NCBI GenBank assembly: GCA_963717155.1
Contig: OY970326.1
Coordinates: forward strand, 1,393,897-1,457,896
Length of the DNA: 64,000 bases
Origin: an uncultured Actinomycetes bacterium
GTDB lineage: Bacteria; Actinomycetota; Thermoleophilia; Gaiellales; JALYLC01
Direction of reading: 5' to 3'
Shown here: in pieces, positions 47,543 through 57,998 of the stretch
How the letters are laid out: each line of letters begins with the position of its first letter
Numbering within the stretch: the stretch's first letter is position 1
The notes under the pieces: generated by a model
Database searches by the model: none
The model's input: only the letters and a program-made list of their open reading frames with translations
What the model was told of the DNA's origin: nothing
Program-made: the position numbers and the translations under genes

Positions 47543-48576
47543 ATGCGTGCGCTCGTCGTCGGCGGCGGCTCGTGGGGAACCGCGTTCGCGTGCGTGCTGG
47601 CGCGCCGCGGGCACGTGGTGACGCTCGGCTGCGCGATCCCGAGGCCGCGCGCGCGATGGCGCGCGACCGCACGAACGCGCGCTACCTGCCCGAACGTGCC
47701 GCTCGAGGCGCTCGTCACGCCGGTGCCGCTCGACCTGCTCGCCAGTGCGCGGGCGCCGACCTCGTGGTGCTCGCGGTGCCGTCGCGCTCGTTCGCGTCGG
47801 TGGCGGCGACGATGCGGCTCGAGCGCGGCGCGATGGCGCTCTCGCTGACGAAGGGCCTCGATCCCGCGACGGGGCGGCTGCTGCTCGACGTCCTCGCCGA
47901 GCGCGCCGGGATCGATCCGGGGCGCACGGCGTTCCTGACCGGGCCGAACCATGCCGAGGAGATCGCGCCTCGGACATCCCGCGGCGTCGGTGCTCGCGAG
48001 CCCGAGCCCGGATGCCGCGCAGGAAGCTGCAGATCGCAGCTGACGGGCGGGATGTTCCGGGTCTATCGCTCGGACGACGTCGTCGGCGTGCAGCTCTGCG
48101 CCGCCGCCAAGAACGTGGTCGCGGTCGCGGCCGGCGCCTCGGACGGGCTCGGCTTCGGCGACAACGCGAAGGCTGCGCTGATGACCCGCGGGCTGGCCGA
48201 GATGGCGCGGCTCGGCGAGGAGTTCGGCGCCGATCCGCGCACCTACGCGGGGCTTGCGGGCATGGGCGACCTGGTCGCCACGTGCACGTCGCGCCACTCG
48301 CGCAACCGCGCCGCGGGCGAGCAGATCGCCAAGGGCGTCGCGCTCTCGGCGAGATCGAGCGCCGGCTCGGGATGGCCATCGAGGGCCTGACGACCGCGCC
48401 CGCGCTCCGGCAGCCTCGGCGTCGAGCGCGGGGTCGAGCTTCCGATCACCGAGGCGGTCTGCGCCGTCGTCGAGGGCATGCCGCTCGCAGAGGCGCTGGT
48501 CGGGCTGCTCGAGCGCGTTCCGGCGAGCGAGCACGACGCGTCGCAGGGCGCTCGTCGAGGGCGATTCGATCAATGA
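47543..48576 (+). CDS. gpsA: NAD(P)H-dependent glycerol-3-phosphate dehydrogenase (many frameshifts)
   Basis: Recognisable pieces, distributed over all three frames, are [118 protein letters not shown] and AIEGL. Confidence 0.82.
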
Positions 48577-48620
48577 GCTAGGCTTCCGCGTCGTCGTCCA
48601 ACCTGTGCAGGAGGCGCTCC

Positions 48621-49865
48621 GTGAACGGAGACTTCAGCTTCTCCTCGGAGTCCGTCACCGAGGGGCATCCCGACAAGATCGCCGACCAGATCTCCGACGC
48701 CGTGCTCGACGCGGTGCTCGAGAGCGACCCTGCCGGGCGGGTGGCGTGCGAGACGCTGGTGACGACGGGTCTCGTCGTGATCGCCGGCGAGCTGACGACC
48801 GACTCCTGGGTCGACATGAGCCGGCTCGCGCGCAGCGTGATCCGGGACATCGGCTACGTCGGTGGCGCGACGGAGTTCGACGCCAAGACGTGCGGTGTCG
48901 TGGTGGCGATCGACGAGCAGTCCCAGGACATCTCGCAGGGGGTCACCGAGTCGTTCGAGGCGCAGCACGGAAACGTCAGCGAGCTCGACAGGCAGGGCGC
49001 GGGCGACCAGGGAATGATGTTCGGCTACGCCTGCGACGAGACCGACGAGCTGATGCCGCTCCCGATCATGCTCGCGCACGCGATCTGCCGCCGCCTCGCC
49101 GAGCCGTGCGGCGCGAGGGGATCGTCGACTACCTGCTTCCCGACGGCAAGGCCCAGGTCACGATCCGCTACGCGCGTGGCGCCGACGGCGTGCCCGAGCC
49201 GGTGCGCCTCGAGCGCGTGGTGGTCTCGACGCAGCACGGCGCGGAGGCCGACCTCGACCGCCAGATCCGCCCCGACGTGATCGAGCACGTGCTGCGCGCG
49301 ACCGTCCCCGAGCACCTGCTCGACGGCCGCCGGCTCGACGAGCCCGAGTTCGTGCTGGTCAACCCGACGGGCCGCTTCGTCACCGGCGGCCCGGTCGGCG
49401 ACACCGGCCTGACCGGACGCAAGATCATCGTCGACACCTACGGGGGCATGGCCCGCCATGGCGGCGGTGCGTTCTCGGGGAAGGATCCGAGCAAGGTCGA
49501 CCGCTCGGCGTCGTACGCGGCCCGCTGGGTCGCCAAGAACGTCGTGGCTGCAGGCCTTGCGCGGCGCTGCGAGCTGCAGGTCGCCTACGCGATCGGGGTC
49601 GCCGAGCCGGTCAGCGTCGCGATCGAGACCTTCGGCACCCATCGCATCGAGCCCGTCGACGATCGAGACGCTGGTGCGCGAGCACTTCGACCTGCGACCC
49701 GCGGCGATCGTGCGCGACCTCGATCTCCGGAGCCCGGTGTATCGCGCGACCGCGGCCTACGGCCACTTCGGCCGGCGCGAGCCCGGCTTCACGTGGGAGC
49801 GCACCGACCGCGCCGACGCCCTGGCGCGCGCTGCGGGGCTCGGCGCCGCCACGACCGCGAATTAG
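48621..49865 (+). CDS. metK: S-adenosylmethionine synthetase (2 frameshifts near 49103 and 49660)
   Basis: AGGAGG lies upstream of the GTG at 48621. [25 protein letters not shown] and [12 protein letters not shown] are in one frame. DGKAQVT...[27 protein letters not shown]...[24 protein letters not shown] is in the next, and TAAYGHFGR in a third. Confidence 0.92.
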
Positions 49866-50842
49866 GCCTCGAACTCGACGAGCACCTTCCCGGCCTTGCC
49901 CGGGCCGGTCAGGCGGTCGAACGCCTCGCCGATGCGCTCGACCGGGTAGACGCTGTCCACGAGCGGCTTGATGCGTCCCGACGCGAGATGCGGAAGCACC
50001 TCGCGCTCGAACGCGCGCATCGTCAGGGCCTTGCGCTCGAGTGTCCGCGCGCGCAGGGTCGTGCCCTTCACGGTCGCGCGCTTGCTCATCATCTGACGCG
50101 CGGGCAGGTCGATATGCGGGCCGCCGACGTGCGACCCGACGATCATGATGCGGCCATCCTCGGCGAGGGCGTCGAGGTTGTCGGGGAAGTGCACGGCGCC
50201 GACGAGCTCGAGCAGCACGTGGGCCCCGACGCCACCGGTCGCCTCGGCCACCGCGGCGACGAAGCCCTCGTCGGGGAGCGCCTCGGCGCCGAGCGACTCG
50301 ACCGTGGCCCTGGCCCCGGTGCTCCGCACCACGCCGAGCACGCGCGCGCCGCAGACGAGGCCGATCTGACAGGCAGCGCTGCCGACTCCGCCCGCGGCGC
50401 CGTGGACGAGCAGCGTCTCGCCCGACACGAGACCCGCCTGGCTGCGGATCGCGTCGTGGGCCGTCACGAATCCCTCGGCGATCGCTGCGATCGCCTTCTC
50501 GTCGAGCGAGTCGGGAGCCGGCGAGAGGTGGCGCTCGGGCGCGAGCACGTGGCTCGCGAGACCGCCGCCGCCGACCAGTCCGAGCACGCGGTCCCCCGGC
50601 GCGAACCGGAAGACTCCCGGGCCGCACGCGACGACCGTTCCGCCGACCTCGAGCCCGGGAACGTCCGGCGGCCAGCCCGGAGGGGCGGGATAGCGGCCCT
50701 CGCGCTGTTGCACGTCGGCGGGATTCAGCCCCGCGTAGCGAACTGCGATCAGCACCTCGCCCTTGCCCGGTTCGGGATCGGGCCGCTCCTCGATGCGGAT
50801 GACCTCGTTGCCGCCGGCTCCGGTGTAGACCACTGCTCGCAT
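49862..50842 (-). CDS. NADPH:quinone oxidoreductase / zinc-type alcohol dehydrogenase superfamily (MDR)
   Basis: Track ORF 49862..51058(-), with a likely start at MRAVVYTG (50842). Motifs are [32 protein letters not shown] and [16 protein letters not shown]. It overlaps the metK stop by 4 nt (convergent). Confidence 0.8.
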   Translation of the reverse strand: MRAVVYTGAGGNEVIRIEERPDPEPGKGEVLIAVRYAGLNPADVQQREGRYPAPPGWPPDVPGLEVGGTVVACGPGVFRFAPGDRVLGLVGGGGLASHVLAPERHLSPAPDSLDEKAIAAIAEGFVTAHDAIRSQAGLVSGETLLVHGAAGGVGSAACQIGLVCGARVLGVVRSTGARATVESLGAEALPDEGFVAAVAEATGGVGAHVLLELVGAVHFPDNLDALAEDGRIMIVGSHVGGPHIDLPARQMMSKRATVKGTTLRARTLERKALTMRAFEREVLPHLASGRIKPLVDSVYPVERIGEAFDRLTGPGKAGKVLVEFEA

Positions 50843-50894
50843 GCGAGGAGCGTAGTGGACGGACCCGCGAGCCGGTTTCAGGCCGGGCCGTCGG

Positions 50895-51500
50895 TTGCCG
50901 ATGCGAGGTGACATGCTGTCGCTGACCCGACCGAGCACGTCCGGCCCTCCCGCACCAGGCGACGTCGTGGTGGTGCGCCTGCCCCGGCAGCGTGAGATCG
51001 CGACCGGCGTGCTCGAGAGCTCGGGGCGCCATGTCTGGCTCGACCTGCCGCCGGTCATCCACGCCGGCGCGCGTCTCGATCTGCTGTGGGGATCGGACGG
51101 CGGCGCGCGTGCCGCGGTCGCAACGGTGCTGCCGGTCAGGAAGGGTCGCGTCGGGCTGGCGCTCTCACTCGGCGACGTCTATGCGGTCGAGCGGCGCGTC
51201 CTCGACCGCTGGCGCCCGCGACAGCCGCTGACCGCCCAGGTCGCCGCACCCTCGGGGGATCTGCTCTCCGGGCCGGTGATCAACCTCTCGCTGGGCGGGT
51301 TCGCCGCCCGCGCTCGACCAGGCCGTGGACGCGCGCACTCCCGTCGACGCGACGCTGCTCGACAGCCACGGGCGGCCGATCGTGCTGGCGTCGGGGCCGA
51401 GGTGCGCCGTTGCCGCAGCACCGGGCCGGACGGCCATGCCGTCTCGGTGGCATTCCTCAAGCGCGGCGTCGTCGCGATGACGCTCGCCCGCCTTCGTTAG
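50895..51500 (+). CDS. possible PilZ domain protein (internal out-of-frame segment near 51310-51400)
   Basis: [19 protein letters not shown]...[13 protein letters not shown] resembles the PilZ RxxxR...(D/N)xSxxG motifs. The segment after GGFAA reads more sensibly in the neighbouring frame ([26 protein letters not shown]). Confidence 0.4.
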   Translation: MPMRGDMLSLTRPSTSGPPAPGDVVVVRLPRQREIATGVLESSGRHVWLDLPPVIHAGARLDLLWGSDGGARAAVATVLPVRKGRVGLALSLGDVYAVERRVLDRWRPRQPLTAQVAAPSGDLLSGPVINLSLGGFAARARPGRGRAHSRRRDAARQPRAADRAGVGAEVRRCRSTGPDGHAVSVAFLKRGVVAMTLARLR

Positions 51501-52402
51501 TCCGTCCGCGTCAGCCTCCTCGAGTAGCCGTGGGAAGTCGGGGCCGTCGAACTCGGCGACGGCGCGCACGTACTTCTCCATGCCCCACGACCAGAAGTCG
51601 AAGTCGATCTGGGACACCCCGTCCTGGATCGACGCCCAGAGCGTCCAGCCGTACTTCGACATGAGCCCGAGCAGCCGCGCACGCGCGATCTTGTGTCGCA
51701 GCCGCCGGCCGTAGTAGTGCGTCACCAGCTCGTCGAGCTGTGCGAGCGACAGGTTGGACTCGCTCCAGATGTTGCCGAGCTCGAAGCAGGCGTCGTTGTT
51801 GCCGGCGTACTCGTAGTCGATCAGCCGGAAGCGGTCGCCGACGTCGATGAAGTTCTCCGCGAGCAGGTCGTTGTTGCACGGAACGGTGCCCTCGTCGCGT
51901 ACGGCGAGGGCCTCGCGCATCGCCGCGACCTGCGGCGCGAACTCGTCGTAGCGCTCGGGCAGGCGGAACCCGCGCTCGCCCGACGAGCCGCGGTAGCGCG
52001 CCTGGATCTCGAACATGTCGAAGTCGCCGAGGAAGCGGCGAGCGCCGTGCAGCCGCCGGCACGCGTCGGCGACCCATCGAGGCGATCCCCCCGGCGCAAG
52101 GTCGTCGGCGCTCTGCGTGCGCCCGGCGATGAACTCCAGCACCAGGATCGAGCGCTCGGGGAGGTAGTCGACGACCGCCGCGCCGACGCCGACCTCGGCG
52201 GCGGCGACGGAGTCGTGGTGCTCGTGCTCCCGGTCGATCGCGAGCAGGCCGTGTCCTTGCCCGACACGCGCACCACGTACGAGCGCCCGGCGACGTCGAC
52301 CTTGTAGTTCGTGTTCGTGAGGCCGCCCGGCAGCTCGGCCACCGTGCGGTCGCCGCCCGCCAGCGCGGGCACGAGGTCGAGGATGTCGTCGATCGAGGCC
52401 AC
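51500..52402 (-). CDS. choline/ethanolamine kinase-like phosphotransferase (APH fold; one frameshift near 52270; 3' end uncertain)
   Basis: A GTG start lies just after the upstream TAG. Motifs are ELPGGLTNTNYKV and VPCNNDLLAENFIDVGDRFRLIDYEYAGNND (Brenner/choline kinase motif). Confidence 0.65.
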
Positions 52403-52404
52403 CT

Positions 52405-53077
52405 CTACGCATTCTCCGAGAAGAGCCGCTCGACGAGCTGCGCGTCGAGCCGGTCGACGACGAGGTCGGCGGGCGCCAGGTCCGGCGTCGTAGGCGGGGG
52501 TGCGAAGCGCCACGACGCGCATGCCGGCCGCACGCGCCGAGATGACGCCGACGGTGGCATCCTCCACGACCCAGACCTCGTGGGCGGAGATGTCCCCGTC
52601 CAGGCGCGCGAGCGCGCGGAGGTACGGCTCGGGATCGGGCTTGCCGCGCACGACGTCCTCGCTCGTCACGATCGCGGTGAACAGCGAGCGGAGCCCGGCT
52701 CCCTCGAGCACGGCCTCGACCGTCTCGCGCGGCGCGCCGGACGCGATCGCGATCGGCACGCGCGCGGCAGCGGCGCGCACGAACGCTGCGGCATCCCCCG
52801 TGATCGGGGACTGCGCGCGCACGCGCTCGAGGTAACGGGCCGTGTAGCCGGCGACGAGACGCTCGGCGAGGCCCACCTCGTTCACGCGTCCGGCGAGCGC
52901 GATGCCGCGCGCGACGATCGCAGGGTCCGAGAGGCCCGCGAACTCCTCCTGGTAGCGCGTCCCCGAGACGTCGAGGCCGATCCCGGCGAAGAGCTCGCCG
53001 TAGATCTCCGCCAGCAGTGGCTCGTCGTCGGAGACGGTCCCGTTGAAGTCGAGCACGAAGGCGGCGGGAGCGGGCAC
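52405..53077 (-). CDS. HAD-superfamily hydrolase (beta-phosphoglucomutase-like subfamily; one frameshift near 52470)
   Basis: Motifs are FVLDFNGTVSDDEP (motif I), IAIASGAP, VVRGKPDPEPY and VVEDATVGVISARAAGMRVVAL. The C-terminus PADLVVDRLDAQLVERLFSENA, followed by a stop, is in the neighbouring frame. Confidence 0.7.
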
Positions 53078-53102
53078 GCGCCGCGATCCTATCCTCCAGC
53101 CG

Positions 53103-55211
53103 ATGCCGACCGTCCCGACGCTGCACGTCGTACCGCTTGTCACGACGCGCGCGCTGGCGGGACCGCTCGACTACCTCGGGCCCGAAGGCGAGGCGCCGCT
53201 CGCGATCGGGACGATCGTGCGCGCGCCGCTCGGCGCCCGTGTCGTCGACGGCGTCGTGGTCGGCGCGGGGGAGGCCGACAGCGAGGGTCTTCGTGCGGTC
53301 GAGCCGACCGCGGGGCCTGGCGTCCCGCCCGATCTCGTCGAGCTCGCGTTGTGGATCGGGGCGTACTACGGCTCGACGCCCGCTCGCGCGCTCGCGCTCG
53401 TCCTACCGCCTCGCGTCGCCCCGGCGAGCGAGACCTGGGTGGAGCAGCTTCCACACGATGGCCGACTGCATCCCGCGCGTCGTGCCGTGCTCGCCGCGCT
53501 CGCGGACGGCCCCCGGAGGCTCGGCGAGCTGCAGGGCGAGACCGGCGCCACGCGGCCGCTCCTCCGGCGCATGGCGCACGACGGACAGGTGAGGCTGCAG
53601 GCCCGGCCGCTCGCCCCGGCAGCGGCAGCGCGCGACCGCGCGCCGTTGCCGACCGCCGAGCAGGCCGCCGCGATCGAGCGCATCGACGAGGCCCTCGAGG
53701 ACGGCGGCGCCCTGCTCGTACACGGGGTGACGGGCTCGGGGAAGACCGAGGTCTACCTGCACGCGATCGCCGCAACGCTGGATCGGGGGCTCGCGGCAAT
53801 CGTGCTGGTGCCCGAGATCGCGCTCGCTCCCCAGACCGCGGGGCGTATCACGGCTCGCTTCGGGGCTCGAGTCGCCGTCCTGCACTCGGGGCTCGCCGAC
53901 GGCGTGCGGGCGGCCGCGTACGCGCGGATCCGAAGCGGCGACGCCGACGTCGTCGTCGGACCGCGCTCGGCGGTGCTCGCACCGGTCGGGCGACTCGGCC
54001 TCGTGGTCGTCGACGAGGAGCACGATGCGGCCTACAAGCAGGGCGACGACCCGCGCTACGACGCTCGCCGCGTCGCGCTGCGCCGCGCGCGCTCGGCAGG
54101 GGCGCTCCTGCTCGCCTGCTCCGCGACCCCGCGACCCGAGAGCTGGCACGGACTCGAGCGGGTCACGCTGCGCTCGCGCGTCGGCGGTGCCCTGCCTCCC
54201 GTCGAGGTGGTCGATCTCCGGGGCGATCCCCACTACCCGCTCTCGCGCCCGCTGCGCGACGGCCTCGGCGCTCTCGCCGACGAGGGCGGCCGCGCGATCC
54301 TCCTGCTCAACCGGCGCGGGGCCGCGCCGGCGCTGCACTGTCGCGCCTGCGGACGCGGGTTCCGCTGCCCCAACTGCGATGTCAGCCTCACCCTGTATGC
54401 CGGCGGGCGGCTTCGCTGCCACCACTGCGGGCACACCGAGCACGTGCCTCGCACCTGTCCGACGTGCGGGGCCGTCGACATCGTGCGACTCGGGGCGGGC
54501 ACGGAGCGTGTCGTGGAGGCCGTGGTCGACGCGTGCGGTCCCGGCGTTGCGGTGCTGCGCCTCGACGCCGACGCCTCGGCGCCACGCGGTGCGCTGGAGG
54601 ACGTGCTCGAGCGCTTCGCGCGCGAGCCTCGAGCCGTGCTCGTCGGGACGCAGATGGTGGCGAAGGGGCACGACGTGCGAGGCGTACGGCTCGCGGCGGC
54701 ACTCGACGCCGACCAGGGCCTGCAGTTCCCCGATTTCCGCAGCGAGGAGCGGACGTTCGCCTTGCTGACGCAGCTCGCCGGGCGAAGCGGACGCCTCGGC
54801 GATCCGGGACGCGTGCTCGTACAGGCCTTCGACCCGGACGCGAGGGTCGTGCAGCTCGCGGCGCACCACGCGGTCGAGCCCTTCGTCACCGGCGAGCTGG
54901 CCCGTCGGGAGCTGCTCGGATACCCGCCCTTTCGCAGTCTCGTGCGGGTCGAGGTCGCGGCTGCCCGGCCCGACGCGCCCATGGCGGCCCTCGACGCGCT
55001 CGCGCAGGCTGCCCGCTCCGAGCTCGCGGGCGACGACCTGCTCGGCCCTGCCCCTCTGCTGCGCCTGCGCGGTCGCGCACGGGCCCAGTTGCTCGTGAAG
55101 ACGACGCGGCCGGCGCGGGCCGGATCGGTGCTCGCCGGTCTCGTCGCACGCCAGGGGCGTTCGCTCCGACGGGCCGGCGCACAGGTGGTGATCGACGTCG
55201 ACCCCCAGTAG
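53103..55211 (+). CDS. priA: primosomal protein N' (replication restart helicase PriA)
   Basis: Intact over about 702 aa (track ORF 53043..55211). Motifs are HGVTGSGKTEVY (Walker A), VVVDEEHD (DEAH-like), the Cys4 zinc motifs CRACGRGFRCPNC...CHHCGH...CPTCG, and VGTQMVAKGHD. Confidence 0.92.
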   Translation: MPTVPTLHVVPLVTTRALAGPLDYLGPEGEAPLAIGTIVRAPLGARVVDGVVVGAGEADSEGLRAVEPTAGPGVPPDLVELALWIGAYYGSTPARALALVLPPRVAPASETWVEQLPHDGRLHPARRAVLAALADGPRRLGELQGETGATRPLLRRMAHDGQVRLQARPLAPAAAARDRAPLPTAEQAAAIERIDEALEDGGALLVHGVTGSGKTEVYLHAIAATLDRGLAAIVLVPEIALAPQTAGRITARFGARVAVLHSGLADGVRAAAYARIRSGDADVVVGPRSAVLAPVGRLGLVVVDEEHDAAYKQGDDPRYDARRVALRRARSAGALLLACSATPRPESWHGLERVTLRSRVGGALPPVEVVDLRGDPHYPLSRPLRDGLGALADEGGRAILLLNRRGAAPALHCRACGRGFRCPNCDVSLTLYAGGRLRCHHCGHTEHVPRTCPTCGAVDIVRLGAGTERVVEAVVDACGPGVAVLRLDADASAPRGALEDVLERFAREPRAVLVGTQMVAKGHDVRGVRLAAALDADQGLQFPDFRSEERTFALLTQLAGRSGRLGDPGRVLVQAFDPDARVVQLAAHHAVEPFVTGELARRELLGYPPFRSLVRVEVAAARPDAPMAALDALAQAARSELAGDDLLGPAPLLRLRGRARAQLLVKTTRPARAGSVLAGLVARQGRSLRRAGAQVVIDVDPQ

Positions 55212-55225
55212 CTACGATCCCCGGT

Positions 55226-55807
55226 ATGGCCTCCACCACCAAGCCCTCGCGGAAGGAACGCCGCGAGCAGGAGCGCGAGGATCGCTCCGAGGCGCGACGC
55301 CAGCTCGCGCTCGGGCAGATCCGGCGCTATCCCGATCCCGCGCTGCGCGAGCGAGCGCGCGAGGTCGAGGAGTTCTCGGACGATCTGCGGGCGCTCGTGG
55401 CGCGGATGGGCCGAGTCATGGAGGACGCACATGGTGTCGGTCTCGCGGCCACCCAGCTCGGTCTGCTGCGCCGCGTCCTCGTGTACCGGGCAGACGAGGG
55501 CGACGAGCTCGGCGTGATCGTGAACCCCGTGATCGCCGAGCAGTCCGAGGAGAAGGCGGTCGACGACGAGGGCTGCCTCTCGCTGCCCGAGGTGCATGTG
55601 CCCGTCGAGCGCTTCAGCTCGATCGTCGTCACGGGGCAGGACGGGACAGGCGCCCCGCTGCGGGTCGAGGTCGACGGACTCCAGTCGCGCGTGATCCAGC
55701 ACGAGATCGACCATCTGGACGGCGTCCTGATTCTCGACCGCACGACGCCCGAGGCCCGTCGCGAGGCGATGCGGTCCCTCCGTCCGCGGCCTGACGAACG
55801 GGGGTGA
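55226..55807 (+). CDS. def: peptide deformylase
   Basis: Met at 55226 (the last 193 aa of track ORF 52580..55807). Motifs are GVGLAATQLG, EGCLSLP and QHEIDHLDG (all three PDF motifs). It has a basic N-terminal extension. Confidence 0.9.
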   Translation: MASTTKPSRKERREQEREDRSEARRQLALGQIRRYPDPALRERAREVEEFSDDLRALVARMGRVMEDAHGVGLAATQLGLLRRVLVYRADEGDELGVIVNPVIAEQSEEKAVDDEGCLSLPEVHVPVERFSSIVVTGQDGTGAPLRVEVDGLQSRVIQHEIDHLDGVLILDRTTPEARREAMRSLRPRPDERG

Positions 55808-56730
55808 CCCCGGCCAGGGTCGGCTTCGCCGGCACGACCGCGTGGGCTGCCGACGCGCTGGGCCGGCTTGCCGGAGACTCGAGACTCGACGTCGCGCTCG
55901 TCCTGACGCAGCCGGACAGGCCGGCTGGTCGCGGGCGCGCGGTGCGGCGCCCACCGGTTGCCGAGCGCGCCGTGGAGCTCGGCGTTCCGGTGCTGCAGCC
56001 GGAGAGGCCCGGCGACGTGCTCGACGACCTGCGCTCGGCCGAGCTCGGCGCCATCGCGGTCGTCGCCTACGGCGAGCTCGTTCCGCGCTCGCTGCTCGAC
56101 GCGCTGCCGTGGCTCAACCTGCATCCGTCGAGGCTGCCGCGTTGGCGCGGGGCTGCCCCGATCGAGCGCGCGATCATGGCCGGCGAGAGTCAGCTCGCGG
56201 CCTGCGTCATCCGGCTCGTCGAGGCGCTCGACGCCGGGCCGATCGCAGGCTGTGAGGCGTTCGCCCTGGCTCCAGAGGAGACCTCCGTCGACGCCTACGT
56301 CCGCGCGCTCGAGCTCGGCGTCCCGCTGCTCGCCGACGCGCTGGTCGCCGCCGCCGCCGGACTGCTCGCGACGGTTCCGCAGATCGGCGAGCCGTCGTAC
56401 GCGGCGAAGATCGGACGCGACGACCTCGCGCTCGATCCGGGCGGGCCGGTGGCGATCCAGCACGCTCGGGTCCGCGCGCTCGCGGCGACGACGGGCGCAA
56501 GGCTCGATGTCGGAGGCCAGGCAGTCTCGGTCTGGGGCTCCTGCCTGGCACTCGAGGCTCCGCCGCTCGCGCCGGGCACGCTCGGTGTCGACGATCGCCG
56601 CCTGCTCCTCGGCTGCGCCGACGGCGCCCTCGAGCTCGTCGAGATCCAGCCGGCCGGTCGCCGCCGCATGGACGGGCTCGCGTGGGCGCGGGGCATCCAC
56701 GGCGAGCTCCCGGTCGCGGCCCGCCCGTGA
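55804..56730 (+). CDS. fmt: methionyl-tRNA formyltransferase
   Basis: Intact ORF of 308 aa with a GTG overlapping the def stop. Motifs are VGFAGT, LVLTQPDRPAGRGR, LNLHPSRLPRWRGAAPIERAI and the C-terminal domain ELVEIQPAGRRRM. Confidence 0.9.
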   Translation: MTPARVGFAGTTAWAADALGRLAGDSRLDVALVLTQPDRPAGRGRAVRRPPVAERAVELGVPVLQPERPGDVLDDLRSAELGAIAVVAYGELVPRSLLDALPWLNLHPSRLPRWRGAAPIERAIMAGESQLAACVIRLVEALDAGPIAGCEAFALAPEETSVDAYVRALELGVPLLADALVAAAAGLLATVPQIGEPSYAAKIGRDDLALDPGGPVAIQHARVRALAATTGARLDVGGQAVSVWGSCLALEAPPLAPGTLGVDDRRLLLGCADGALELVEIQPAGRRRMDGLAWARGIHGELPVAARP

Positions 56731-57989
56731 GCGACGCTGCTCGAGCTGTCGCGTACGCCGTCGTGCGTCGATCGCTCGACAGCGGCGCCTATGCCGACCG
56801 TGCGATCGACGGCGAGGCGACCAGGGCGGGACTCGACGCACGCGGACGAGCATTCGCGTCGTTCCTCGCGCTCGGGACCGTGCAGCACCTGCGCACGCTC
56901 GATGCGGCGATCGAGCACGCGGCCGAACGGTCGCCGGACCGCCTCGAGCGTCCGCTGCTGCACGCCCTGCGACTCGGCGCGTTCCAGCTCCTGTTCGCAG
57001 GCTCGGTCCCCGACCGGGCGGCGGTCTCCGAGACGGTGGAGCTCGTGCGCTCGGTCGTCGGGCCACGCGCGACGGGACTCGCGAACGCCGTCATGCGACG
57101 GGTCGCAAGCGATGGCCCGGCCTGGCTCGCCTCGCTTCCAGACGACACCGCCGAGGAGGCCGGCCTCCTTCACTCGCTGCCCGACTGGGTGTGCCGGCTC
57201 TGGTTCGACGCGTATGGCCGCGAGCGTGCGCTGCAGCTATGTCGCGCCGCGAACGTCCCGGCTCGCTCCGTGCTCCGCCCGAACCCGCTGCGTGCCGCGC
57301 CGGGCGAGGTCGAGCTGCTGCTTGCGGCCGCCGGAGTGGAGACCGAGACCGACGCGGCGACGGGCGCGTTCCTCGTCGCAGGCGCGTTCGACCTCGCGGG
57401 ATCCGAGCTCTACGAGCGCGGCCTGGTCGTCGCGCAGTCACTGAGCTCGATCGCCGTCGTCGACCTCGTCGCGGCCGAGCCGGGCGAGCGCGTCCTCGAT
57501 CTCTGCGCGGCACCGGGCGGGAAGACCGCCGGGCTCGCGGCAGCCGGCGCGCACGTCACGGCCGTCGAGAGCAACTCGGCCCGCGCCGCGGCGCTGCGCA
57601 CGACGCTCGCGCGACTGGGTGTCGGTGACGTGGAGGTCGTCGAGGCCGACGGCCGCGCGTACGAGGGCGAGCGGTTCGACGCGATCCTCGTGGACGCGCC
57701 GTGCAGCGGCCTCGGTGTCCTGAACGGGCGGCCCGACTCGCGCTGGCGCCGCTCGCCGTCGGACGTGGAGGCGCTGGCGGTGCTGCAGACCGAGCTCGTT
57801 GCGCATGCGCGCGAGCTGCTGGTGCCTGGCGGGCGGCTCGTGTACGCCGCGTGCACGCTGTCGCCCGACGAGAACGAGCGCGTGCCTCGAGCGGCAGGCC
57901 TGACGCCGGTGAGCGAGCAGCGCCTGTGGCCCGGACCGGGGGCTGACGGCTTCTACGTCGCGACGCTCCGCCCACCACGGACACCATAA
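56727..57989 (+). CDS. rsmB: 16S rRNA (cytosine-C5) methyltransferase RsmB/Sun
   Basis: The GTG at 56727 overlaps the fmt stop. A NusB-like N-terminal domain is followed by VLDLCAAPGGKT, ILVDAPCSGLGV and LVYAACTL (catalytic Cys motifs). Confidence 0.85.
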   Translation: MSDAARAVAYAVVRRSLDSGAYADRAIDGEATRAGLDARGRAFASFLALGTVQHLRTLDAAIEHAAERSPDRLERPLLHALRLGAFQLLFAGSVPDRAAVSETVELVRSVVGPRATGLANAVMRRVASDGPAWLASLPDDTAEEAGLLHSLPDWVCRLWFDAYGRERALQLCRAANVPARSVLRPNPLRAAPGEVELLLAAAGVETETDAATGAFLVAGAFDLAGSELYERGLVVAQSLSSIAVVDLVAAEPGERVLDLCAAPGGKTAGLAAAGAHVTAVESNSARAAALRTTLARLGVGDVEVVEADGRAYEGERFDAILVDAPCSGLGVLNGRPDSRWRRSPSDVEALAVLQTELVAHARELLVPGGRLVYAACTLSPDENERVPRAAGLTPVSEQRLWPGPGADGFYVATLRPPRTP

Positions 57990-57998
57990 GCTCCAGGC

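Noticed and set aside
44472-47672. A 1066-aa ORF on the minus strand, the longest in the track.
   Set aside because: It is antisense to cmk, plsC and der, whose plus-strand frames carry unmistakable kinase, acyltransferase and GTPase motifs. The minus-strand translation is Arg/Ala/Pro/Gly-rich low-complexity sequence typical of shadow ORFs in >70 % GC DNA.
48577-48620. A SAM riboswitch upstream of metK.
   Set aside because: Only about 45 nt separate gpsA from the metK GTG, and AGGAGG occupies part of that. This is too short for a SAM-I, SAM-IV or similar aptamer.
52580-55807. A 1075-aa plus-strand ORF spanning the HAD gene, priA and def.
   Set aside because: Only its last ~193 aa (def, from 55226) make sense. 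The rest is an alternative frame of priA (the real frame is 53103..55211) and antisense of the HAD gene, with R/A/G-rich composition.
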